A DNA stretch of 64,000 nt from contig CBDBFU010000012.1 of the NCBI GenBank assembly GCA_965205025.1, positions 393,918-457,917 of the forward strand, read 5' to 3'. Each line of letters begins with the position of its first letter. Position 1 is the first letter of the stretch. The stretch comes from Candidatus Poribacteria bacterium (GTDB lineage Bacteria > Poribacteria > WGA-4E > WGA-3G). A model generated the notes under the pieces. That model had not been told where the DNA came from and ran no database searches. It saw nothing but the letters and a program-made list of their open reading frames with translations. This document shows positions 1 to 10,114 of this stretch, piece by piece. Position numbers and translations under genes: made by a program.

Positions 1-53
1 GTGGCAGAACTTTTTGAATAGAGTCTCATTAAACGCTTAGAAAGGATAACACA

Positions 54-503
54 ATGTTAATCGCAGATGTAAATAAAATGGATGGTAGGACATATCCTGC
101 TCGTAGACTAACCAGAAATCTTGTAGGGGGCGCGTCTCCCATTCATATAGACGAATTCTCCATGGGGTTTGTTGTATTAGAACCAAATGGAGGACAAGTT
201 CCATGGCACAATCATGTTCAGGAAGAAATATACTTCATTGTTGAAGGTGAAGGTGAAATGTGTCTTGGCGAAGAACGACAAACCCTCTCGACAGGGCAAA
301 TAGTATTCATACCTTCAAATGTATTTCATCAGTTAACGAATACAAGCGATACCCCTATGAAGATGGTCTATGCTTATGGACCTGCTGGGGATGTAGATCA
401 TTGGAAACAAGAACTTGCCGGTACATTACCAAAAGCAGGGATTGACGTTCCACCCCTTCCAGATGGTGCTTCCCCACAATGTACTGATCCTCCAAGAGAA
501 TAA
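54..503 (+). CDS. Cupin domain protein
   Basis: Cupin metal motifs PWHNHVQEEIYFIVEGEG and IPSNVFHQLTN; RBS AAGGA upstream. Confidence 0.9.
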   Translation: MLIADVNKMDGRTYPARRLTRNLVGGASPIHIDEFSMGFVVLEPNGGQVPWHNHVQEEIYFIVEGEGEMCLGEERQTLSTGQIVFIPSNVFHQLTNTSDTPMKMVYAYGPAGDVDHWKQELAGTLPKAGIDVPPLPDGASPQCTDPPRE

Positions 504-570
504 TATCAATCTAATTGAAGTCTTATTCTAAATACAAACACATTTCTTAATCCCGATTGAAGGATTTTAT

Positions 571-1743
571 ATGTCAAGTCAAACAGAAAAAATACATCGT
601 GTCGGTATCATCATGAATGGTGTTACAGGTCGAATGGGAACGAATCAACACCTAATTAGATCTTTATTAGCAATTTCAGAGGATGGCGGAATCCCAATTG
701 GTGAGCATGAAGTTATCATTCCTGATCCATTCTTGGTGGGGAGAAACCCGCTAAAATTGGAAAAACTGTCTGAATCTACTGGCATTGAGAAGTGGACAAC
801 AGACCTTGATCAAGCTCTAGCAGATGACAACTATTCAGTTTATTTTGACGCTCAACTAACATCACTACGAGTAGATGCTGTTAATAAAGCTATATCCGCA
901 GGTAAACATATATATTGTGAAAAACCGACTGCAACATCAGCAGCAGATGCATATAATCTTTACGAAAAGGCAGCAAAAGCAGGCTTAAAAAATGGTGTTG
1001 TCCAAGATAAACTCTGGCTACCCGGTATACAAAAACTCAAAAGACTAATTGACGCTGACTTCTTTGGTAAAATTATTGCTGTACGCGGGGAATTTGGATA
1101 TTGGGTTTTTCAAGGGGATGCTATCCCAACACAACGTCCCTCATGGAACTACCGTTCTGAGGATGGTGGTGGAATAATTCTTGATATGTTCAGCCATTGG
1201 CGATATGTGTTAGACAATCTTTTTGGTAAAGTAAAAGGTGTTTCTTGTATAGCGTCAACACATCTTCCTACCCGTTGGGATGAGAATAATCAACAATATA
1301 CGTGTACTGCAGAGGATGCTGCCTATGCAACATTCGAATTAGATGGTGGAGTTATAGCTCATTTTAATTCTTCATGGGCAGTAAGAGTTCGCAGAGATGA
1401 CTTGTTGACTATACAGGTTGATGGATTAAATGGTTCAGCAACAGTTGGATTGAGAGATTGTTGGATACAACCTTTATCTGGAACACCTCGACCGGTTTGG
1501 AATCCAGATATTGAACAACCGATAAAGTTCTATGATGGCTGGTTAAAGATTCCTGAACAAGAGACCTACGAAAATGCATTCAGAGCACAATGGGAGTTGT
1601 TCCTCCGACATGTCGTTACCGATGAACCATTCCCATGGAATCTTTTAGAAGGTGCGAAAGGTGTCCAGTTAGCAGAAAAAGGGATGGAATCTTGGAAATC
1701 TCGGAAATGGGTGGATATACCCGAACTCAAGGTAATTTCATAA
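571..1743 (+). CDS. Gfo/Idh/MocA family oxidoreductase
   Basis: N-terminal NGVTGRMG Rossmann motif, HIYCEKP, GGGIILDMFSH. Confidence 0.9.
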   Translation: MSSQTEKIHRVGIIMNGVTGRMGTNQHLIRSLLAISEDGGIPIGEHEVIIPDPFLVGRNPLKLEKLSESTGIEKWTTDLDQALADDNYSVYFDAQLTSLRVDAVNKAISAGKHIYCEKPTATSAADAYNLYEKAAKAGLKNGVVQDKLWLPGIQKLKRLIDADFFGKIIAVRGEFGYWVFQGDAIPTQRPSWNYRSEDGGGIILDMFSHWRYVLDNLFGKVKGVSCIASTHLPTRWDENNQQYTCTAEDAAYATFELDGGVIAHFNSSWAVRVRRDDLLTIQVDGLNGSATVGLRDCWIQPLSGTPRPVWNPDIEQPIKFYDGWLKIPEQETYENAFRAQWELFLRHVVTDEPFPWNLLEGAKGVQLAEKGMESWKSRKWVDIPELKVIS

Positions 1744-1766
1744 CCAACTAATCGGAAAGGAATATC

Positions 1767-3221
1767 ATGGCACAAAACATAACACTCCAAAAAATTGATA
1801 AATACCGATGGCGTATTCCAAAGAATTCTATGAAAGGAATGCGTGTAGATGGAATTATTTATGCGAATGAAAAACTCCTTAATCAAGCCAAGAGTGATGA
1901 GGCTATTCAGCAGGTTGCAAATGTCGCACATCTCCCCGGTATCGTAAAACATTCTCTCGCAATGCCAGACTTACATTGGGGCTATGGATTTGTCATCGGA
2001 GGTGTAGCAGCAACTGATCCAAAAGCCGATGGTGTTGTTTCACCAGGTGGTATTGGTTATGATATCAATTGTGGCGTTCGACTTATCAGAACAAATCTTG
2101 ATATTACACAACTTGAAGGGAAGACAAAATCTCTTGTCGCTAAGCTATTCGAAAATGTCCCATGTGGAGTTGGATCAAAAGGTAAAATACAACTTACTGT
2201 TCAGGAAGAGAAGCAGATGTTGGAGAAAGGCGCACAATGGTCAATTGATCGTGAATATGGACATCCACATGACCTACAATACACTGAGGCATCAGGTTAT
2301 CTCCATGATGCAAACGCTGCAGCAGCAAGCAAACGTGCATTAGAACGTGGAAAAAACCAATTAGGAACTCTCGGATCAGGAAACCATTTTCTTGAGGTAC
2401 AAGTTGTTGACAAGATCTTCTATCAAGATGCTGCTGATGCGATGGGTCTGAATGTAGGAAACATTTGTGTGATGATTCATACCGGTTCACGCGGATTCGG
2501 TTATCAGATTTGTGATGAACATGTAAAAAGTTGGATCAATGTTTCTGAAAGGTATGGAATCAACCTTCCAGATAAACAACTCGCTTCTGCACCCTTAAAT
2601 TCACCTGAAGGACGGGATTATGTCACTGCAATGGCATGTAGTGCAAATTACGCTTGGAACAACAGACAGTGTATTATGCATCTTGTACGGCAGACGTTCA
2701 CAAAATTTTTCGATACATCTGAAGATGAACTCGGATTAGAACTTGTATACGATGTCGCACATAATATTGGAAAGTTTGAAAAACATAAAGTTGATGGAAA
2801 GGAACGTGAACTCTTTATTCATCGTAAAGGAGCAACTCGTGCTTTTCCCGCAGGACATCCAGAGATACCACATAAGTATCAGAAAGTTGGACAACCCGTC
2901 TTAATTCCTGGTGATATGGGAACAGCATCTTATGTTCTGGTTGGAAATCCTGGTGCTATGGAAGAGACATGGGGCACAACCTGTCATGGTGCTGGAAGAG
3001 TTCTATCCCGTAGAAAAGCAGTAGAACTTACAAAAGGTCGTTCCATCAAAGATGACCTTGAGAAACAGGGTATATATGTTCGCGCTGAAGGAAAACGCAC
3101 ACTACAAGAAGAGGTATCAGAAGCTTATAAAGATGTTGATGAAGTTGTCCGCGTAGTTGACGAAGCAGGACTTTCTCGCCGCGTTGCACGTCTCCGTCCT
3201 ATCGGTGTTGTCAAAGGATAG
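1767..3221 (+). CDS. rtcB: RtcB RNA ligase (long, archaeal/eukaryotic-like type)
   Basis: MPDLHWGYG, GYDINCGVR, GTLGSGNHFLE, HTGSRG, HRKGAT and HGAGR motifs. Confidence 0.95.
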   Translation: MAQNITLQKIDKYRWRIPKNSMKGMRVDGIIYANEKLLNQAKSDEAIQQVANVAHLPGIVKHSLAMPDLHWGYGFVIGGVAATDPKADGVVSPGGIGYDINCGVRLIRTNLDITQLEGKTKSLVAKLFENVPCGVGSKGKIQLTVQEEKQMLEKGAQWSIDREYGHPHDLQYTEASGYLHDANAAAASKRALERGKNQLGTLGSGNHFLEVQVVDKIFYQDAADAMGLNVGNICVMIHTGSRGFGYQICDEHVKSWINVSERYGINLPDKQLASAPLNSPEGRDYVTAMACSANYAWNNRQCIMHLVRQTFTKFFDTSEDELGLELVYDVAHNIGKFEKHKVDGKERELFIHRKGATRAFPAGHPEIPHKYQKVGQPVLIPGDMGTASYVLVGNPGAMEETWGTTCHGAGRVLSRRKAVELTKGRSIKDDLEKQGIYVRAEGKRTLQEEVSEAYKDVDEVVRVVDEAGLSRRVARLRPIGVVKG

Positions 3222-3331
3222 TCCAACTTAATACATTTTAGTAATATATAAGCATTGAAACTCATAAATGCAAGCCTATTTAGAAGTGGTATAATCTAAG
3301 CTTAGCTAAGAATTCTATTGGAGAAACGCCT

Positions 3332-6300
3332 ATGGAAACAAACGATAATCAATCTATAGATTTCTCACCCGGTCAAATTGTATGTCTAAAATCTAATTCC
3401 TCAACTCGCGGTGCCGTTGTCGCAGTTGTACCGAGTACTCCGGAAAACAAAGTAAATGTTTTTGTTGATGGAGAAATTAAGACCTATTTCGCCTCTCAGT
3501 TACAACTTGATATTCAAAGTGAAGACGATACCACTCGTTTTTCCTGCGACGAATTTCATGCCTATCTCACCGCGCTGCAAATCCAATCTCCAGCATTATC
3601 AACGTTGTATTCACTTAATGCTGCACGAATAGACTTCATTCCATACCAATACCGACCAGTTTTGAAGTTTATCAAATCTGATCGACCAAGGCTACTGATC
3701 GCAGATAGTGTCGGTGTAGGAAAAACAATTGAGGCAGGATTGATTCTACGCGAATTGCAAGCCCGAGGGGACATTAAATCTGTCTTGATTATATGTCCGC
3801 GCCCACTTGTTGCTGAAGAAAAGTGGTATCGTGAAATGAAACGGTTTGACGAAGATTTTACGCACCTGGATGGGAAGACTTTACGATATTGTATCAATGA
3901 AACGCATTTAGATGGTGAATGGCCTGAGCAATATCAGAAGGTGATTCTTCCCTATTCGTTGTTAGATAATACACGGCTATTCGGACCAAGTGGCAGTAAA
4001 AAACGGAGGACAGGAAAAGGACTTATAGACCTTGATCCACCGCCACACTTCGATCTGGTCATAGTAGATGAGGCACACCATATCCGAAATCAAAGCACTG
4101 CAAACCACGAAGCAGTCCGGTTTTTCTGCGAAAATGCTGATGCAGCTGTTTTTCTAACCGCTACACCTATCCAACTTGGCAACCATGACCTGTTCGTACT
4201 GTTAAATGTTCTTCGTCCTGATCTGGTTTTGGACTATGAAAGTTTTGAGCACATGTCGGAACCCAACCCATTCATCAATCAGGCAGTAGATACTGCTCGT
4301 GCACGACAAATAGATTGGATACAGCATGCAAAGGAAAATCTTGATCAGGCAGCTGCAACTGCATGGGGAAGATCGATTTTCAAAAACAATCCCGAATTCA
4401 AACGGATTAGAAGGCAGTTTGACAACCAACAGATCACCGATGAAGAACGTGTGCAACTTATCACCGATATGGAAGGACTCCACACATTTTCTCGGATAAT
4501 CAATAGAACTCGTCGTCGCGATATCGGTGAGTTTACCATTCGCAGACCACAAACCGTGGAAATCGAATTGACACAGGAACAGAGAGAACTCCATGAAGAA
4601 CTTCTCGAAATTAAGGCGGAGATATTCCGACTCTTTCACGGTGATCAGAATGTTAACTTTATGATGACTACTCTCCGTCGACAATTAGCAAGTTGTCTAT
4701 ATGGGTTAGAACCATTACTTGGGGATATATTGGCCCGACAATTTGATGAACTTGAGTGGACCGAGGCTGACGCTATTGATGCCATTCCGGCAACAGAGAC
4801 TATCACACAGATTCAAGAACAAATCCAAGCACTTCTTGAAAATGTAAAAAAACTTGATTCTGATGATTTGAAATTGGTTGCACTCCGAAAAATTGTAACT
4901 GATAGACAAAGCCTACCCAATAACAAAATCATGATTTTTAGTAGTTTCCGACACACCCTCGCGTATCTTTACAAACACCTAAAAGCTGATGGGGTTCGCG
5001 TCGGTATGATTCACGGTGGTGTACCAGATGAAGAACGTTTAGAACTACGTAATCGATTTGAGAAATTTGGCGAGGAGATTGACACACTCGATCTTATGTT
5101 GTTCTCAGAAGTCGGGTGTGAAGGATTGGATTATCAATTCTGTGATTGTATCGTCAACTACGACCTACCATGGAATCCAATGAAAATTGAACAACGCATC
5201 GGCCGTATTGATAGGAAAGGGCAGGAGAGCGAGAGTGTGACCATTTACAACCTAATAACTCCTGGTACCGTGGATGCTGACATCTACGAACGGTGCTTAC
5301 TACGCATCGGAGTCTTTGAAAGTGCATTGGGTGGTAGTGAAGAGATACTCGGAAAAATTACAAAGGAACTGCAAAATATTGCAGAAGATTACGAGTTGAC
5401 TGAGGAAGAAAGAAAGAACAAATTGGATCAGTTAGCAGATAATCAAATACGATTGATACAAGAGCAAGAAGCCATAGAAGCACAACAATTAGAACTGTTT
5501 AGCTTACCACTCCCTGATCAAACGAAAGAGAAAGAGCAAAGGATTGAGAAAGAGGTGGAAGAAGCGTCAAGTTTTTGGTTATCTCCTGCATCTATACAGC
5601 GACTCGTTAGACGATATCTTCAGCAGAAACTTGGGTCAACCCATGAGTTTATCCTCGGTGAAAAATCTAACAAGACGCTCCGACTCTCACAAGATGCCCG
5701 GGACACTTTACTGCGTGATTACCAACAATTGCCAAAAGAAAAGAATAAGGTCTATCGCGAGTGGGAAAACTGGTTGAAGGGAAAAGGAACTGACCAGCAC
5801 TTAACGATAACGTTTGATGCAGAAACTGCTACACAAAATCCTAAAGCAGTGTTTATCATGCCAGTCCACCCACTCGTAAAACAGGCATCAGCGGCGTTGG
5901 ACAAAGCAAGAGAAATTGTTGTAACACTAAAGGTCAGTAATAATCAAGTTCCTGCAGGTCATTATCAATTTGCTATCTACAAATGGGAGTATCTCGGGAA
6001 AAAAGAAGATTGGGTTCTTATGCCTATAACGTCATCAGAAGTGTTAACACCGTATCTGCCTCATTTACTTGAAAAGGCTGAGGATAACGATATAGGCGAA
6101 AATGTGAGTTTAACCGATCAGAAAGCATTGGAAGAAAGGCACCACACCATGTGGACAGAAGCACGCGAGAAGCATAGAGAACACAGCCAGGAAATTGTTG
6201 AATATCAAAAGGAGAATCTATCAACGAGTCATCAGAAACGGATAACAATGCTTCAAAAGCAAATTGAGCAAGTACACGATGAACGTTATCAACGGATGCG

Positions 6301-6433
6301 CAGCCAGCAAATTGCCAATGCTGAGGCAGATTACAATAGACGTATTCAGGAATTAGAGGAAGGAATGGAAACGGCAGACATTACGACTGAACTGGTGGCT
6401 TATGGTATTTTGGAAGTGGAGAATAACACATAA
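3332..6433 (+). CDS. SNF2/RapA-type SF2 helicase
   Basis: LLIADSVGVGKT (Walker A), DEAHH, TATP, NYDLPWNP..EQRIGRIDR; C-terminal coiled coil. Confidence 0.9.
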   Translation: METNDNQSIDFSPGQIVCLKSNSSTRGAVVAVVPSTPENKVNVFVDGEIKTYFASQLQLDIQSEDDTTRFSCDEFHAYLTALQIQSPALSTLYSLNAARIDFIPYQYRPVLKFIKSDRPRLLIADSVGVGKTIEAGLILRELQARGDIKSVLIICPRPLVAEEKWYREMKRFDEDFTHLDGKTLRYCINETHLDGEWPEQYQKVILPYSLLDNTRLFGPSGSKKRRTGKGLIDLDPPPHFDLVIVDEAHHIRNQSTANHEAVRFFCENADAAVFLTATPIQLGNHDLFVLLNVLRPDLVLDYESFEHMSEPNPFINQAVDTARARQIDWIQHAKENLDQAAATAWGRSIFKNNPEFKRIRRQFDNQQITDEERVQLITDMEGLHTFSRIINRTRRRDIGEFTIRRPQTVEIELTQEQRELHEELLEIKAEIFRLFHGDQNVNFMMTTLRRQLASCLYGLEPLLGDILARQFDELEWTEADAIDAIPATETITQIQEQIQALLENVKKLDSDDLKLVALRKIVTDRQSLPNNKIMIFSSFRHTLAYLYKHLKADGVRVGMIHGGVPDEERLELRNRFEKFGEEIDTLDLMLFSEVGCEGLDYQFCDCIVNYDLPWNPMKIEQRIGRIDRKGQESESVTIYNLITPGTVDADIYERCLLRIGVFESALGGSEEILGKITKELQNIAEDYELTEEERKNKLDQLADNQIRLIQEQEAIEAQQLELFSLPLPDQTKEKEQRIEKEVEEASSFWLSPASIQRLVRRYLQQKLGSTHEFILGEKSNKTLRLSQDARDTLLRDYQQLPKEKNKVYREWENWLKGKGTDQHLTITFDAETATQNPKAVFIMPVHPLVKQASAALDKAREIVVTLKVSNNQVPAGHYQFAIYKWEYLGKKEDWVLMPITSSEVLTPYLPHLLEKAEDNDIGENVSLTDQKALEERHHTMWTEAREKHREHSQEIVEYQKENLSTSHQKRITMLQKQIEQVHDERYQRMRSQQIANAEADYNRRIQELEEGMETADITTELVAYGILEVENNT

Positions 6434-6445
6434 TTTTACTCATAA

Positions 6446-9400
6446 ATGATGAAGGGAATTGACACCATGCCAAGCAATTACAAAACCATAACAGAACATA
6501 ACGAGGATCAACTGGGTAAAGATACATCATCACGAAAAACACAAGTATCAATGTACTCAGATTCCACACATTTTGTGTACGAAATTTTACAGAATGCGGA
6601 TGATCATGATGCGACAGAGGTGTTTTTTAAACTCTCGGAAGATAAAGTTGTAATTGAACATAATGGTGAACCTTTTAAGGAAAAGCATGTTAAGGCAATC
6701 ACGTATTTCGGTAAGGGTACAAGCCGCGAAGATCTCGTCAAAACAGGTCGCTTCGGTATCGGTTTCAAGTCTGTTTTTGCATTCACAGCAACGCCTATTA
6801 TTATTTCTTGGCCTGAACACTTCCAAATATATGGTCTGTACCGCGTACGAGAGTATCCTTATCCAGATGGTTTTACAGATTCCCGTACACGCATAATTCT
6901 ACCGTTTAACCATGAATCTGAACACCCGGACTTTGTTGAAAAACTGATGACACAGGAGGAGGCATACCAACAAATATCGGAGTGTTTAACCAATTTGAAT
7001 ATGAACACATTGCTGTTTACGAGAAACATTCGGGAAATTACTTGGGAAATTGGTAATCAATCCGCATGCTATCGACGTGAAGATGAGATAGAAAATAATT
7101 CTCGTTTAACAACTATCACAGACGGTGATCGTGAAAATAGGTATCTTGTGTTCTCAAAAGTTCCTACGTGGGAAAATGAAGAACATAAAGCAGTTGAAAT
7201 CGCCTTTGCTATAGATGAACGGGATCAGATCACATCAATAGACGACGATAACCTATATGTCCTCTTTCCAACAACAGAAAAAACTGGATTGCGATTTTTG
7301 CTTAATGGACCTTACCGTACAAACCCAGCAAGAGAAACAGTATCAAAAACTGATGATTTTAATGTCCATCTTATGGAGGTAACGTGTGAATTGATGCAGG
7401 AATTGCTTCCGAAGCTTAAGAAAAGAAAATTACTAAATCTGCAATTCCTATCAGTTCTTCCCAATAAAGAGGATGAGTTAACACATGTATCTAATCGTTT
7501 GCAGCTTGCCCTAAACTTAGAGGAAAAACCGAGAGGTTTTTATAGTCCACTCCATAATGTTATAGTCAATGAATTTAGGAATCAAAAACTTACTCCGACA
7601 AAACGCAAAGACTTTTATGCCCCTGCCAAGGATCTCTACCGCGGAACCAGAGAAATGTCTGAGGTAATCGAAGATAATGATCTAGCCCTACTCTTAGGTA
7701 AAGATCACCATTTACCACTATGGGTAAAAAATCTTCCACCTCGGGAACGAGACGATAAGGGGAGATTTATTGAGGATGAAAATGCTACTAAACGGAATAA
7801 ACGTATCAATGATTTTCTTGACACCCTTGATATTCCAGAATGGGATGTTGAAGATCTTATCAAGGTACTGGAATCAGAAGATGAACCTATAATAGAATGG
7901 TTAAAACGAAAAACAAATGAATGGTATCAAGACTTCTATGCTTTTTTAGATGATTCTCCTTCCTACTATGTATATGAGTTATCGAAACTTCGTATCGTTC
8001 GTTGTATTGATGGTGAGTATAGAACAGGAGATGAATGTCACTTCCCCAGTGATGATATTGAACCCGATCAAGATTTATCGAACATCTCTACAACTGTTGA
8101 TGAAGAAAGATTACCAGAATCTCAAGAAGAAGAACACGAAGACGAAGAAGGTTTCCATTATGTTGCTAACGCAGTCTATATGTCTGGAAACAGGAAAGAT
8201 ATACAGGAAAAAGTTCGTAAATTTTTGGAAACTATCGGAGTGGAGGACGTTACCGAGACAGAACGGATTAAGTTGATTTTAAAACAACGTTATGTGTACA
8301 GCACAATTAAACTTCGTCAACCATACTACAAGCAAGATCTAGAGAGGTTTATAAAACTTGTAGAAGATGAACCTGATAAGGCACTTTTGTTTGAAAACTA
8401 CCATATTTTTGAAGGTGATAAATGGTGGAGTCAACCGAACAGATTCTTTCTTGATTTGCCTTATTGCAATACCGGATTAACAGTGTACCATGAGAACCTT
8501 GATGAAGACTCAAAGTATCAGAAATTGGCTCTTTCACAAAAGTATAAAAAATACGGAATAGACTTGGAAAGATTAACAAAATTCGCTGAAGCCGTAGGAG
8601 CCCAGACGAAACTTGAAGCTATCAAACAACCTATTTCGCGAAATGATCCAAACCTGTCATACCTTATAGAGCAAGCGGAAGGTCAATGGAGATATAACAC
8701 CGGAAATAGTGAAGATTATTTTATTCCTGAACTAAAAATTTTATATGCTAAACCATCAATAGAAAAATCAAAATTAATTTGGCGAACAATGTTTTCTTTA
8801 CCTGAGAAATATCTAAAGGCATGGTATTGGAATAATAATATTGATAAACAAAGAGACCGTCCTCCGGGAAAATCAAGTCTTGTACACAAGTTAATGAAGG
8901 AAAAATGGGTGCCGCAGAAAGATGGTTCTTTCGTCTGTCCAAGTAGGGCATCAATTGATCAACTGCTGAAAGGTTTTCTATACGAACCAGGACAAGAATG
9001 GCTTGAAGCAATTGAATTTGGTAAGGAAACCAGAGAACAGAAAGAGGAACATGACCAGCGAAATCAACAGGCCAAAAATTGGGGTTTTGATTCTAGCGAG
9101 GAAGTTGAGAAATTTGCGGAATTGCGCCAATTGTTAAATGATGGAGAAATTACTGTAGATGATCTAATTTTCCAGTACCGGCCCCAAAATAGAGAATATA
9201 GTCCTGATTTTCCCACATCGCCAGTGAGAAACCCGATACGTCGAAGCAAAGGAGTATTAGAACAAATCAGAAACGCGCCTGAAAAAGAGCATGTAGAAAA
9301 AATACGAAATGTGCGCGAAACAAAAGAAGATATTGATCAAAAGACTACCCTGGAGAAATGGTATTCCAACGAGACTAATGAAATGATTTGTCAAATATGT

Positions 9401-9769
9401 AAAAAGGAAATGCCGTTTAAAAGAACTGATGGTAAGTATTATTTCGTGGCGATGGAAGCTCTTACGATAAAATTTAAGAGTGATGAACTACCAGAATATC
9501 ATTTTCCCAAAGAATTCGTAGCACAATATCTCGCCCTCTGTCCAGAGTGCGCGGCAAGGTTCGATTATTTTGTTAGGACAATCAAAGACGGTGAAACAGT
9601 CATGAAGGAATTAAGAAATCACTTGATAAATTCAGAAGATATGGAGTTTCCTTTGACACTTGGAGAGTTAAAAACGAGTATAAGATTTGTAGAGACCCAT
9701 TTCCATGATTTGAAAAGGATATTACACTATTACGAAAATCCAGATGAAGCCGAAGATTCAACTGATTAG
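6446..9769 (+). CDS. Sacsin/NOV-like GHKL ATPase with C-terminal CxxC..CxxC HNH-like domain
   Basis: HFVYEILQNADD, HNGEPF and GRFGIGFKSVF GHKL motifs; C-terminal CQICKKEMPF...LALCPECAARF; real start may be the ATG of MPSNY. Confidence 0.8.
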   Translation: MMKGIDTMPSNYKTITEHNEDQLGKDTSSRKTQVSMYSDSTHFVYEILQNADDHDATEVFFKLSEDKVVIEHNGEPFKEKHVKAITYFGKGTSREDLVKTGRFGIGFKSVFAFTATPIIISWPEHFQIYGLYRVREYPYPDGFTDSRTRIILPFNHESEHPDFVEKLMTQEEAYQQISECLTNLNMNTLLFTRNIREITWEIGNQSACYRREDEIENNSRLTTITDGDRENRYLVFSKVPTWENEEHKAVEIAFAIDERDQITSIDDDNLYVLFPTTEKTGLRFLLNGPYRTNPARETVSKTDDFNVHLMEVTCELMQELLPKLKKRKLLNLQFLSVLPNKEDELTHVSNRLQLALNLEEKPRGFYSPLHNVIVNEFRNQKLTPTKRKDFYAPAKDLYRGTREMSEVIEDNDLALLLGKDHHLPLWVKNLPPRERDDKGRFIEDENATKRNKRINDFLDTLDIPEWDVEDLIKVLESEDEPIIEWLKRKTNEWYQDFYAFLDDSPSYYVYELSKLRIVRCIDGEYRTGDECHFPSDDIEPDQDLSNISTTVDEERLPESQEEEHEDEEGFHYVANAVYMSGNRKDIQEKVRKFLETIGVEDVTETERIKLILKQRYVYSTIKLRQPYYKQDLERFIKLVEDEPDKALLFENYHIFEGDKWWSQPNRFFLDLPYCNTGLTVYHENLDEDSKYQKLALSQKYKKYGIDLERLTKFAEAVGAQTKLEAIKQPISRNDPNLSYLIEQAEGQWRYNTGNSEDYFIPELKILYAKPSIEKSKLIWRTMFSLPEKYLKAWYWNNNIDKQRDRPPGKSSLVHKLMKEKWVPQKDGSFVCPSRASIDQLLKGFLYEPGQEWLEAIEFGKETREQKEEHDQRNQQAKNWGFDSSEEVEKFAELRQLLNDGEITVDDLIFQYRPQNREYSPDFPTSPVRNPIRRSKGVLEQIRNAPEKEHVEKIRNVRETKEDIDQKTTLEKWYSNETNEMICQICKKEMPFKRTDGKYYFVAMEALTIKFKSDELPEYHFPKEFVAQYLALCPECAARFDYFVRTIKDGETVMKELRNHLINSEDMEFPLTLGELKTSIRFVETHFHDLKRILHYYENPDEAEDSTD

Positions 9770-9887
9770 TCATTTATAACCAACGTTCTTGTATGGACCA
9801 CCATAATCAATGTCTATTTTTTCATCAGAAATGTCCAAAAAACAGGCGATTTTACCAAACATACAGCCAAAAACACACCTTTTCCGT

Positions 9888-9903
9888 TGGCATAATAATT
9901 GCT
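9888..9903 (+). promoter_or_regulatory. Sigma-54 type -24/-12 promoter
   Basis: TGGCATAATAATTGCT matches TGGCAC-N5-TTGCW with exact GG (9889-90) / GC (9901-02) spacing. Confidence 0.55.
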
Positions 9904-9913
9904 AACTACTACA

Positions 9914-10038
9914 TAAGCCTCCTTAGGGTAGTCGGAACCATATTCTCAAAATGCGCCACATAAAGCCCTGAATGTATGCGTAGGTTAGTAATCCTCATAA
10001 GTCATAACCAACCCGAATGTGGTTTCCGACACTTATCC
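9914..10038 (+). ncRNA. Candidate structured small RNA
   Basis: Closing stem GTCGGAACCATATTC (9931-45) / GAATGTGGTTTCCGAC (10015-30) enclosing two smaller hairpins; begins at the predicted sigma-54 start site. Confidence 0.3.
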
Positions 10039-10114
10039 ATTATCTAAAATTGAGTGAAAATCGTTTGAACGCATTTCTGGATTGTGTTAATATATGTGGT
10101 AGTTTTAACACATA

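Noticed and set aside
3332-6433. Housekeeping RapA or complete DISARM system
   Set aside because: Context is an accessory two-gene block; no drmABC or methyltransferase partners
9914-10038. Retron msr-msd RNA
   Set aside because: The closing inverted repeat is suggestive, but no reverse transcriptase is encoded in the window
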